Positions 51,049 to 62,506 of a stretch of DNA of 64,000 nt are shown piece after piece. The position numbers were made by a program, and so were the translations under genes. The DNA is from Dendrobates tinctorius (lineage: Eukaryota), in assembly GCF_039654945.1 (NCBI RefSeq), contig NW_027362008.1, forward strand, positions 4,154,001-4,218,000, given 5' to 3'. Within the stretch, counting starts at the first letter, position 1, and each line of letters starts with the position of its first letter. The notes beneath the pieces are model-generated. The model was not told the DNA's origin, ran no database searches, and was given only the letters and a program-made list of their open reading frames with translations.

Positions 51049-53781
51049 CTAAATCATCCCAGTCAGATGTCTGTCCAGCCTCTGTTTGAAGACTTCCATT
51101 GAAGGAGAACTCACCACTTCTCGTGGCAGCCTGTTCCACTCATTGATCACTCTAACTGTCAAAAAGTTTTTTCTAATATCTAATCTGTGTCTCTTCCCAT
51201 TCAGTTTCATCCCATTGCTTCTAGTCTTTCCTTGTGCAATTGAGAATAAAGTTGATCCTTCTACAATGTGACAGCCCTTTAGATATTTGTAGACAGCTAT
51301 TAAGTCTCCTCTCAGTCTTCTCTTTTGCAAACTAAACATTCCCAAATCCTGCAACCTTTCCTCATAAGACAGGGTTTGCAGACTGGTCACCATTCTGGTC
51401 GCTCTTTTCTGAACTTGCTCCAGTTTGTTGATGTCTTTTTTAAAATGTGGTGCCCAAAACTGGACACAATATTCCAGATGAGGTCTGACCAGAGAGGAGT
51501 AGAGGGAAATAATGACTTCACGTGATCTAGACTGTATGCTTCTGTTAATACATCCTAGAATTGCATTTGCCTTTTTTGCTGCAGCATCACACTGTTGACT
51601 CATATTCAGTCTGTGATCTATTAGTATACCCAAGTCTTTTTCACATGTGCTGTCACTTAGCCCTATTCCTCCCATTCTATATATGCTTTTTTCATTTTTA
51701 TTGCCCAGATGTAGTACTTTGCATTTCTCCCCGTTAAAAACCATTCTGTTAGTTGCTGCCCACTTCTCCAGTTTATTTAAATCTTTTTGAATCCTCTCAC
51801 TCTCTTCTCTAGTATTAGCTATCCCTCCTAGCTTTGTGTCATCAGCAAATTTAATCAGTTTACCCTCAATTCCTTCATCTAAATCGTTGATAAAGATGTT
51901 GAACAATACAGGGCCCAGGACAGAGCCCTGTGGTACCCCACTTGAGACATTCTTCCAACTGGATGTGCAGCCATTTACGACCACTCTTTGGGTCCGATCA
52001 CTAAGCCAGTTATGAATCCACCTAACAGTTGCCTTGTCCATTCCATACTTAGTCATTTTTTCAATAAGGATTGTATGAGAGACTTTGTCAAATGCTTTGC
52101 TGAAGTCAAGATATACTATATCTACAGCATTTCCTTGATCCACCCAATCAGTGATACCGTCATAGAAGGAAATTAAGTTAGTCTGACATGACTTATTAGT
52201 TACAAACCCATGCTGACTCTGTTTAATCACTTCATTCTTATCCAGGTATTGACATACATGTTGTTTAATAATTTGTTCAAAGATCTTTCCTGGTATAGAA
52301 GTCAGACTCACCGGCCTATAGTTCCCTGGGTCCACCTTCTTCCCCTTTTTGAAGATAGGAACAACATTTGCTCTTCTCCAGTCTTCTGGCACTTCTCCTG
52401 TTCTCCAAGAATTTTCAAAGATTATGGAGAGGGGTTCAAAAATTTCTTCTGCTATCTCCTTCAGTACTCTGGGGTGTAATTCATCTGGACCTGGAGACTT
52501 GAATTCATTTAGGTTAGCTAAGTGTTTCCTCACTATCTTTCTGTTTATAGATATCCTGGATTCTTCTATTCCCTTAATAGGACAGTGAATAACAGTTGAT
52601 GTTACATTTCCTTTCTGAGAGAAAACAGATGCAAAATAGGAATTTAAAAGTTCAGCCTTCTCAACATCCTGTCTTACCATTTCATCATTTTCATCCTGTA
52701 AAAATCCTATAGCATCTTTGACTTTTCTTTTACTTTTGACATATCCCCAAAATCCTTTATTATTGTTTTTGACATCTCTTGCAAGCCTCAATTCATTTTC
52801 AGCTTTAGCTAATCTGATTTGTGCCCTGCAGGTTCTGCAGACAGCATTATATTCTTCTTTAGATATGCCTCCCTCTTTCCATTTTATAAACATTTTTTTC
52901 TTCCTTTTTAGCATGTGCTTAAGTTCTGTGTTCATCCATCCTGGTTTCCTTAAATGCTTCCTATTCTTCCCTCTTTTCGGAATTGTTAACAACTGTGCTT
53001 TGAGAATTTCATTTTTCAAGATTTCCCATCCCTCCTGGACATTTTTGTCTTTTAGGATATCCAGCCATTGGACCCCTCCAATTCTCTTTCTGAATCCCTT
53101 AAAATCTGCCTTTCTGAAATCTAACCTTGACGTCTGAGTCTTCACAGGTCTTCCACCTCTAGTAATCCAAAATTCTAAAATAGCATGGTCACTACCTCCT
53201 AGGGTCCCAGCCACTTTTACCTCCTCAACCATTTCCTCCCTGTTTATAAGGATTAGATCCAAGGTAGCAGTTCCCCTTGTTTTCTCCCTTACCTTTTGGA
53301 AGATAAAGTTGTCAGCAAGAGAGGATAAGAATTTCCTTGACCTGTTAGTTTTGCCTGAGAGAGATTCCCAACAAATGTCTGGATAGTTGAAATCTCCCAT
53401 GACAACTATGTCATATTTTTTGGAGAACTTGGCCATTTGATGCATAAAGAGTTCATCCATATCTTCAGCTTGCACAGGCGGCCTGTAGTAAATGCCTACA
53501 ATGGTGTCCTTTCCATTGTTCTGTCCTTGTATTCTTACCCAAACAGTTTCCACAGAACTCCCAGTCTCTGAAGCTTCAATCTCTGTGCAGATATATGTGT
53601 TTCTAACATACAATGCGACACCCCCTCCTCGTTTATCAAGTCTGTTTCTTGCAAATAAGTTGTATCCTTCTAGTCTTGTATTCCAATCATGTGTATTGTC
53701 CCACCAAGTTTCAGTGATTCCAATGACATCATATTTCTTTTCCTGTGTTAGTAGTTCCAATTCTCCTTGTTTGTTGCCCAT
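51049..53781 (-). CDS. CR1 ORF2, APE endonuclease plus reverse transcriptase, uninterrupted (910 aa from first ATG; frame open at least 61 codons further upstream)
   Basis: No stops or frameshifts; endonuclease and RT motifs present. Confidence 0.93.
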   Translation of the reverse strand: MGNKQGELELLTQEKKYDVIGITETWWDNTHDWNTRLEGYNLFARNRLDKRGGGVALYVRNTYICTEIEASETGSSVETVWVRIQGQNNGKDTIVGIYYRPPVQAEDMDELFMHQMAKFSKKYDIVVMGDFNYPDICWESLSGKTNRSRKFLSSLADNFIFQKVREKTRGTATLDLILINREEMVEEVKVAGTLGGSDHAILEFWITRGGRPVKTQTSRLDFRKADFKGFRKRIGGVQWLDILKDKNVQEGWEILKNEILKAQLLTIPKRGKNRKHLRKPGWMNTELKHMLKRKKKMFIKWKEGGISKEEYNAVCRTCRAQIRLAKAENELRLARDVKNNNKGFWGYVKSKRKVKDAIGFLQDENDEMVRQDVEKAELLNSYFASVFSQKGNVTSTVIHCPIKGIEESRISINRKIVRKHLANLNEFKSPGPDELHPRVLKEIAEEIFEPLSIIFENSWRTGEVPEDWRRANVVPIFKKGKKVDPGNYRPVSLTSIPGKIFEQIIKQHVCQYLDKNEVIKQSQHGFVTNKSCQTNLISFYDGITDWVDQGNAVDIVYLDFSKAFDKVSHTILIEKMTKYGMDKATVRWIHNWLSDRTQRVVVNGCTSSWKNVSSGVPQGSVLGPVLFNIFINDLDEGIEGKLIKFADDTKLGGIANTREESERIQKDLNKLEKWAATNRMVFNGEKCKVLHLGNKNEKSIYRMGGIGLSDSTCEKDLGILIDHRLNMSQQCDAAAKKANAILGCINRSIQSRSREVIISLYSSLVRPHLEYCVQFWAPHFKKDINKLEQVQKRATRMVTSLQTLSYEERLQDLGMFSLQKRRLRGDLIAVYKYLKGCHIVEGSTLFSIAQGKTRSNGMKLNGKRHRLDIRKNFLTVRVINEWNRLPREVVSSPSMEVFKQRLDRHLTGMI

Positions 53782-53960
53782 GCTTTGTGCATTAGTATAG
53801 AAGCATTTTAGTTTGTGATTGGTTTCTCTTTCTCCAATATTTTTATTAATTAGATTCTTTCGTCTTTGTTCTTCCTTTCCACTTCTAATAGCAGAGTTCT
53901 CAATAGCATTTGTCAGGTGTATGGCTTTTTCTGGTCTTTTGCTTCCCTTCCCATGTTGTT

Positions 53961-54125
53961 CTAGTTTAAAGCTCTCCTTACAAGTGTAGCAAGGCGACTT
54001 CCAAATACATGCTTTCCAGTCTTCGTAAGGTGCACCCCATCTCTAGCAAGTAGTCCATCGTATAAGTAGTTCACTCCGTGATCCAGAAATTCAAATCGTT
54101 GCTGACGGCACCATCGACGTAGCCA
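53961..54125 (-). pseudogene. C-terminal fragment of CR1 ORF1 (SGNH/esterase-type)
   Basis: Manual translation WLRRWCRQQRFEFLDHGVNYLYDGLLARDGVHLTKTGKHVFGSRLATLVRRALN*, with DGxH motif. Confidence 0.85.
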
Positions 54126-56633
54126 GTACTTTTAATTGTATGTTTAGGATGATGGCTTTTTACATGGAGTATAGCATTGCCTGCTGTGTTCTTTCTAAAT
54201 TTTTGTGTTACTACAGGTTTACCTGAAATTCCTTGTAAAATCAAATAAAAAAAATCAATGCATGAAATTTTATGGCGGACCACAAATTTTAAATTCAAGG
54301 GATTGCAATTAATATAAAAATTAAAATCCCGTATGGCAGATACATCAGAATTCCAGATGATAATGATATCATCTATGTATCTGCCGTCCCAATAGACACA
54401 ATCTTTAAATGGATTATTTACAGTATAAATATACAGCTCTTCCCACCAGCTCATTACCAAGTGAAATTAGCAAGTGAAGTTGTCAAGCGATCCACTATAT
54501 GACCAAGATGAAAATCTTTCTTTGCAATTGCGGCTTGTTCCCAGTCAACTTACGTGCATCGTTATATTTTACTTTTGGTTATGTGTGTTTTTCCATGCGT
54601 TATTCATCCTGTTTTGAATGTGAATGTTTTTTCTTTGTCATCTAGGAATATTTAACACCATCCACTATATGATTAAGATATAAAGTATTTTTCGCAATTG
54701 CGGCTTATTCCTCGCTAGTTTATGTGGATTGTTATGCAGGAGCATATTGCTATCTGTGTTTTTTTATGCGATGTAGATCCGGTTTTGAATCAAATTGTTT
54801 TCATTTTTGCTTTCACCTAGGTACTTTTACCCTCCTCCGCTGAAATTGTGTTTTTAGATCTGTGTCTCTTACTATTACTCTATGACACTCAGTGTATGAT
54901 AGAGAGAAATGTATTTTTCTTCTTTCTATGATTGTTATTGAGAATAATATAATAGAAAAAATGTCTTTGTAAGGCTGTGTGCCCACATTGCGCTTTTTCA
55001 GAGTTTCCGTGGTGATTTTAAACAAGTGATTCTGCCGCTGAAATGCTTAAGAAAATCATTCCATGTTATCATAATTGATTCCGCACATGTTGTGCTAATG
55101 GTGCGTATTTTACCGCTGCGGAATTGCTTAGCGGTAAAAAACACAGCATGTTCATTAATTTTGTGGAATCGCATGCGATTATGCATACATACACTTGTAT
55201 TGCAAAAGCGCATAGGAAATCGCATGTTAAAACATATGACAAATGCATCAAAATTGCTAAAATCTTCAAAACTGCATGCGTTTTTCCAGCTAAGGGTGTG
55301 CGTTTCTCCTCAGGAATATTCTACTTCAAAACTGCAATGTGGGCACATAGCCTGAAAGCGGCTTTTCTATCCTCTAGTCTGAGTGGATGGCTGTAATTTT
55401 TCATTCTGACGTTTGATCCATCATATGATATTCACTCTGTTCCAGAGTGAAATTGTATTTTCCTCTTTGGTTGTTTTGTAAAAACTCAACATCAATTTTT
55501 ACAATTATGGTTCTTTCATTTGCTCCCTTATATAAATGTATATTTCTCTACTTCTGTACTGTGGCTGCTAAGAAGAATTTACAATATACTGCGTTTGTTC
55601 TGCGCAATTGAAATACATTCTCGCCTTTATGCCATGTGGAATTCACATTCTTGATTTTAGCCATGTATGTCTTCACTTGTAATTCATTTACGTTAATTAG
55701 ATATGTTCATTGGCTTTCACTAGTGTTCAGCATATTAGTGCTTTCTCGAACAATGCCTGTTATCATGACTAAGGGTGCTGGGACACCTGAAACGCGTTGA
55801 TAACACAATCTTATGTACCATTCATGCTGATATTTTATCTATTCACATCTGAGTGAATAAAGAATTTGTGTTTTCACTTCTGGATCATGGCTTTTTTGTT
55901 ACATTAGCCATACCTTTCTTTTTTGGGCAATATAGATGTAAAAGTGTTTTTTAAGTATCAGTTATATTTGTCAATACACTTTTTAAGTGTAACTTATTAG
56001 CATGATTTTATAAGCACTTTGTTGCAAGAGAAATAAAGAAAACAGTAATTTTAACATTTATTTGTATTTTAAAGTTTGTGTTATCTGATGTGCTGAAATA
56101 ATAACACAGTAACTGCATTCAGTAGGTCAGTACTAATATGGTGCTGGTAAATTTGTATAATCTTAATTGTTTTTTATGTTTTGTACAATATACACTTTAA
56201 AAAAAAACCATTTTTATACTATTTTACAATTTTTTGTTAGTGGCGTGGTATGAAGATTTATTTTTGCCTGAAAATCTGTAGCTTTTGTTGTTAACAGTTT
56301 GTTGTACATGCAACTTTTTGATCACTTTTACATTATTTAGGAGGCAAAATGAAAGAAAAACACGTAAATTCTGAATTTGTTTTAATATTTTTTTAAACCC
56401 CAGTCACTGTTGGGTATAACTGTCATGGTATCTTTATTTGGTGGACGATATCATCACCATATTTTCATAAACTTCACTTATTTATTTTTCGGTTTATTGT
56501 AGGTGACGCTGATTGAAGCTTTGTTTTTGGTTATATATGCCTTTCTAGTTATTATTTATCTCATTGTTTTGCTGGGAAGCAGAAACAAACAGCTATGAAT
56601 TGGAAATAGTTGTTATTTTTATGGAGTTCGTCC

Positions 56634-57059
56634 AGCAGTATAATTGACATGATCACTTTATTCTGTGTGCTGATATGATTATGTTCATATCTAAGAAAAT
56701 CACAATACATTTTTTATAGCTGTCACATTGTGAGTCAATGCTTTGTATTTTTCTGACTGCAGATCTGTATGAGGACATGTTTTTGGGTAACAAACTAGTT
56801 ATTTTGGTATAGCATCGGGATACATGATTTTTTAATTCAGTTTTTTAGTGAGGTAAGATGAACAAGAATAGCAAGTTTAGCAGTTTCTCACTTTTCCCCT
56901 CATACGGCATTGATCATGCACAATAAATGATAAGATTGTTTTATAACATGGGTCAGATGAGCAAAATTCAAAATCGCTTAACTGTTTGGATTTTCCCAAT
57001 TAATTTGATTTTCAGAGAAGTTATTCTCCATGAATTGAGTATCGCTGATTATGTACTGG
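56634..57059 (+). repeat. Right arm of the inverted repeat, uninterrupted in unit 4 (split by CR1-B in units 1-3, e.g. 7981-10708)
   Basis: Direct comparison with 49709-50135. Confidence 0.9.
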
Positions 57060-58652
57060 AATCTCTCCATGCTGATATTTTATCGTCTTTTCAAATCTGA
57101 GTGAACAAAGAATTTGTTTTTTCACTTCATCGTTAAGCTAGGTCATCTCTTTTTTGGATTTTTTTATGCCAATACATGGCAGTTCTGTGCTCAGAGCTTC
57201 ATGATCTATTAAGGCTGTGAGATGGATTGTTTTATATGTCTAATGTAACGCAACAAGTATAAAAATGTTCTATAGTGAAGGTCAAAACTGGCTCCAGTAT
57301 GTAACAATAAAAATGAAATAATGTGAAAACTTTTTTCACTATCTCATAAAGCTAAATTTATAAACCTTTCCAAAAATAAAATGAGATTGGCGTACAAAAT
57401 CAGCTCATCAAATAAGGAAATTCTCCCATTACACTAAAAATAAATTTGCAGAAACTGGTACATGACCTGTACCCATAGCGGTGCCATTTACTTGGTGGAA
57501 GGGATGAAATTAAAAATAAAATCATTTGAGTCAACTAAACATCCAATAATATTTTAAAACAAACCTGTTTTGTGACTAAAAACAGATCTGCTCATCTCTC
57601 ATCAGTACATGGGTGGTAGAGGTTAGCAGTGAAACAATAGAAATTTATTTAGATGCATTTACATTGTTACATGATATGAATACAGTTATGTTAGATGTCT
57701 TGTGACTACAGGTAAATGTTCTTTACCCAATTTAATAAAAAAATCTACTTACATCCAAATCTTCATTTCACTTGACCAAATAGTGAGATGTTGATGTAAT
57801 TATCCTTTACAGAAACCTCTTGATTATGTCTTCTGCTGACATACTCACACTTTTTAAAGAAATGTTTTTATTCAATATTGGCTCGTTCACCCGTCTTAAT
57901 CTAAAGTCACTGGATGCTTCTATAATTAAATGTAAATAAAAAAAAAGAAGGGGTTACCAGATATGAAGATGCTATGCTACTGTGAAGGTAACGTGGCAAA
58001 TGCATTTCCAGTAGATGTAAAAACAGTAAATTTCTGAAGATCATAAAAAAATAGACATCAATCAGCTATAAAAAGCTAACACAAGTATTACATTCTTCAA
58101 TATGTTGTACACTTGGACGGGATGGCCATGGGGGTGGCATTCACGCCAAATAAGTATCAACACAATATCTCAGTGCAATTTTGCACATCTTTAATATTGT
58201 ATAAAATATAGAAAGCCACTTCTACTAGATGTCTAATAGCATGGAAATGAAGACTGTTATAGCTCCCATTTACATGAATTACACACGTATATACAAGATG
58301 TATGAAGCATGGAACACCTTACTATATTAATAAATAATACAATTGAGCAATTTGAAGCAAACACTGCACTCAGCAGCTATTAATCAGGTAATCATAGCAG
58401 TGGCCCTAACAATTTCAATACCATGGTCATTGCATATTTTAGAAATTTTGTCTCTTGACTTCATGAAACTATCATGAAATAATACAATGAATAACATTTC
58501 TCTCTTTAGTTTACCTAATTATCAGCACAATGGTGAATAGTATCACAGGGCACCACAGGAAATTTCTATCCCTTTGTGTTGTCCCAAACCAGCATTCTCC
58601 CTGGAGAGATTTATAAATGTCAGTTTATATGTAAATGGAGACAGTAAGTCTT

Positions 58653-58873
58653 GGCCAATGACAATATCCCACTAATTAACAACCCCCTGCTCTTCCCAGA
58701 TATAAACTGTTTCCTTCTCTCAGTGACATCTACTTCACTCCAGGTATTATTTGTGGTCAGAACTGGCCTCTGAGGAGCATCAAGCTGTAGACTTGTTGGT
58801 GTACAGGAGGAGTTCAGCACCGACTATCATCTCTTTCAGTAGCAGTAGACATCTTCAATCTCCATCTACAAAG
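58653..58873 (+). promoter_or_regulatory. Putative kinase promoter and first exon, copy 4
   Basis: Same motifs at +46350. Confidence 0.58.
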
Positions 58874-59094
58874 GTGAATATGTGATGAGTATAGCACAGC
58901 ATATAGTAGATGGTATTACTGCAGATCCCTGGGGAATTATGCAATGCTGGAACATTATTACAGTGACTGCACACTATTATACAATTGTGCATTTCTAGTC
59001 GCAGTTTACACGAGGTGATTACAGTATGTTATTATGGGTCTCAAAGATGTTTCATGCTTTATTCAATGCCATATCTCATTTCATTTTATTCAGA

Positions 59095-60744
59095 ATGGCC
59101 ACCAACATCAAGGAAGCAAGCAAGAACACGGCAAAACACCTTCTTCATCTGATATCAGAAACTTCCAAGAACCTGAAGATGATGGAAGTGACTGACCACT
59201 TTGAACTTTTGCTAGAACTTGGGACTGGATCTTTTGGAAATGTACACATGGGAAAACACAAACATTCAGGTGAGATGATGATGATGGATGATGACTATGA
59301 AGATGACTGAGCCATCAGGGTGGTTTTAGATGAATGTGAAAGATGAAATTGAAATCTGCTTGTACCCTGACAAACTGTACTTGTTAACAATCATTAAGTA
59401 TCACCCTAGTTGTATCCTATCTACAACGTGTCATTAGTATTCTGCACCACTACCCTCTAGTCTTATGAATGCTCCTGTGTAAAGTGATTGATCAGGTTGT
59501 TTATATGGTTTTAAAAGTGTTATGGAATATGATGAGGATGAACATTAACAATTATAATGTTTATTCAACAGGACAGACCGTGGCAATTAAAATGATGGCA
59601 AAGAAGAAGACTCCAGAAGACAACTTCTTTCTGGAATATTGCATTTCACAAACCCTCAGCATTCATCGGAACATCATATTTACTCACGACATCTTCTTCC
59701 ATACCAGTAGGGATTTTGTGTTTGTTCAGGAAGTGGCACCGGCCGGAAATCTCCAGTCCATCCTTGTACCTAAAGTAAGATCTTAAGCTGTTCTCCACTT
59801 TTACATATTCAAGCATTATTCATACTGCTGAAGAAAAAAATTAGTGGTCTTTATTGTAGATCTGACATCTAACATTACCCTATTTCCTCAGATTTAATAA
59901 ACTCATATTTCTGTAAGTAGCAGTATGGGACCCCCATAATTAGGCAGGTTTAGGTTGTATGAGTATGTGTGAGCTAGTAACATCCTCTATGTGAGAGATA
60001 TTTAATTTTTAGTGGAAATCTCACATTATAGAGGATATCTGATTAAGAGCAGAGTAGAACTGATGTCTGCAGGAATTATATCTACTAGTAGAAGATATCT
60101 ATAAGTCTTCTGTTCTTTTATATCAGATATGTTTTCCCTTCTGCTGTTCAGCTGTGTAATCTTCTGTGTTGTCTTTTTCTTAGGTCGGCATTCAGGAGGA
60201 CATGTTGAAGCGTTGTGTTCCTCAGATCGCCAGTGCTCTGGACTTTATGCATAACAGAGGAATGGTTCATCGGGATATCAAGCCGAATAATATTCTTCTG
60301 ATGGATGCAGAATGTCACTGGATAAAGCTGGCAGACTTTGGACTCACCAGGCTCCAGGGCACATTTGTTCCTTTTGTGCCCTGGTATAAACCCTACACTG
60401 CTCCAGAGCTCTGCTGCCTTAGACCAGGAGAACAGTTGTTGCTACATCCTAGTCTTGATGTCTGGGCTTTTGGTGTAGTCATTTATTATGCTCTTTCTGG
60501 ACTCTTTCCTTGGCATGGGGCAAAACGCGGTGATCGAGATTATAAAGAGTTTGCCTGGTGGCAGGTTGGAAGGGATCTGTCAAAAGCTCCAAAAAAGTGG
60601 AAGAAAATTTCAGTGGAGGCCAGAGTAATGTTCTGGGAACTGCTTCAAATAAATGCCTCTAAGAGAGGCTCGGCCATTGACATTCTAAAATTTATGCACT
60701 TGCCATGGAAAGCCGAGGAATGTTCAGAGACCGAAGCAACCTGA
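59095..60744 (+). CDS. SBK1-like kinase, copy 4; exons 59095-59269, 59572-59774, 60184-60744 (M129I)
   Basis: Intact; ATG>ATT at 60190-60192 is an internal missense change, not a start loss. Confidence 0.92.
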
Positions 60745-62506
60745 TATGTTGAATCTATGACAAACTGCAATATGATATTTGTTTTTTTAATCAATAATGT
60801 CTACAAAGCAGACTGTGAACTATTGTAAATAGCTCAATAAATGAATAAAACAGACTTGAATCTTACTAAAGTTTATCTCGAGAAAAACAGAAAAAAATAT
60901 AGAAGTTACGGGTATACGAACATGGGACACTCCCAAAACATTTTTTAAGTCAGTTTTTTTCATAAAAGTAACAAAACATAAAAAGTGATATAGAAAAGGA
61001 ATTGCCATGGTATTGCTATTCATATTCTACATATTTCACATTGACATGCTTTAGCACTACAGAGTGCATCTTTTTTGTTTATTGAAAATGAAGGTAACTG
61101 CACCTAGTTGGCTCCTGTTCACATTAGCTTGGAAGTGCCAGTCTTTTTGTCACTAAAAAAATAATACTGGTACTTTATTCCCAAATTTGATAAATATGCT
61201 GAGCCTCCATCTTGCTATTTGCACTGGATATTATGCCCATTGGTTAAGAAAACTCCCTTGGTTATACAGGACTCAAGATTTTTTACAAATACAGGATGAT
61301 TTTGATTGACAAGAATTATTGCAGCTGGTGACAATCCTTGTGCTTTTGCTTTGCACACAATTCCTTTCAATTTGCAGGACCCTGGTATAACCAGGCAGCT
61401 GATACAGCAATGGATTCACCAGTTGCCGTGACTTGTATACTGTATATATTTTTTGGAGAAAGATACTTAATTTGAACAATCCATTTCTATTACATATCAA
61501 ATTATTCTTACAATTTAAAGACAATATTCTTATAGTAAGAAGAGATGTGTCTTTTACTTTTTGGAAAGCATGCAGTAAAAAATAAAATCATTATGAGTCA
61601 GCACAAATTCTAATAATTTGAAAACAAAACTCTTGTGTGACTGAATATGATTGCCCTTTGTGCTCAAAAATATTTTACTGCCTGAGTTCCCAATTCATAA
61701 CAGATTCTGGTATAAAATGTCTCAATGTAAAGTCTCACTATTATTCTTGTGGGTGGCCAGGACTTCCAGCATCACCAGACCTCTGACTTCACTGTGCCTT
61801 TGTTGGGAAAAAACTTGGCACTCATAGTAAAATCAGAGGATTTTATATTTGAATTTATTTAACATTGTCGGAGAAGAGATTTCTATTTCTACTTGGGTAG
61901 TTTCTGTCTTATGGGTACCCATGCAATGAAGCATAATGAGAGAGACAGACTGCTCGCTGTCTTTCCAAATAGTCTCTAAGGTTTATTGACAGTGTGAACT
62001 TTTATAGAACAAGATCAAAAAGAAATGAAGAATACATAAGAATTGGCAAAATAGAAAGGGAGGTTACACAATCGTTGACATAAAAAGATAGGTTATACAA
62101 TGAGTTGTCAACCACATCCTCGGACACAAGATAAAATTAAATGAAAAATGACAGGAATACAGGGGTGCTTTCCAAAAGTCAATGTGCTCTAAGTTAATAG
62201 TCATGAGTTCATATTCAAAAGATATTTTTCTAAAAAGATGTTAGAACATTTCACCTCAAAAGGGAAGAGAATGCATGTCCTTCAGATTTTCTGGGAATTG
62301 TAGGAACTGACCATTAGCCATAGGACTGTGACCACATAGACAGATGATAACTGGATGTCACGACTAGTGACGAGTTCGCTGCCGAGCCAACACCTCCACG
62401 TCGACGACCACGACGATGTGGGGTGAGCGTCCCAAGTGGGGATGGAATGTGGACCCACTGGACCACAGGGGGGACCCAGGCCTACCCAGACTAGGGAAGA
62501 GTAGCG

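Larger units (their letters stand above)
50950..54126 (-). mobile_element. CR1 LINE insertion C, unit 4 only (3' end of ORF1 plus complete ORF2)
   Basis: TSD TACTT 50945-50949/54127-54131; empty site ggtatacttttaa in units 1-3 (~2459-2470). Confidence 0.96.
50136..54480 (-). mobile_element. Penelope-like fragment, unit 4, split by CR1-C (50136-50949 and 54132-54480)
   Basis: 1-bp frameshift near 50527; WDGRYIDD without the stop seen in units 1-3. Confidence 0.88.
48485..62506 (+). repeat. Tandem array unit 4 (14,022 bp; structural variant)
   Basis: Empty sites for CR1-A (tattgagaataat, ~54936) and CR1-B (gattttcagag, ~57007); has a different CR1 inside the Penelope ORF. Confidence 0.97.

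Noticed and set aside
54071-54460. 129-aa Penelope RT-CR1 fusion ORF
   Set aside because: Chance junction read-through, out of frame with CR1 ORF1, with a non-ATG start
60190-60202. Apparent start loss in kinase copy 4 (180 vs 184 aa)
   Set aside because: That Met is internal to the last exon; the change is a conservative M>I
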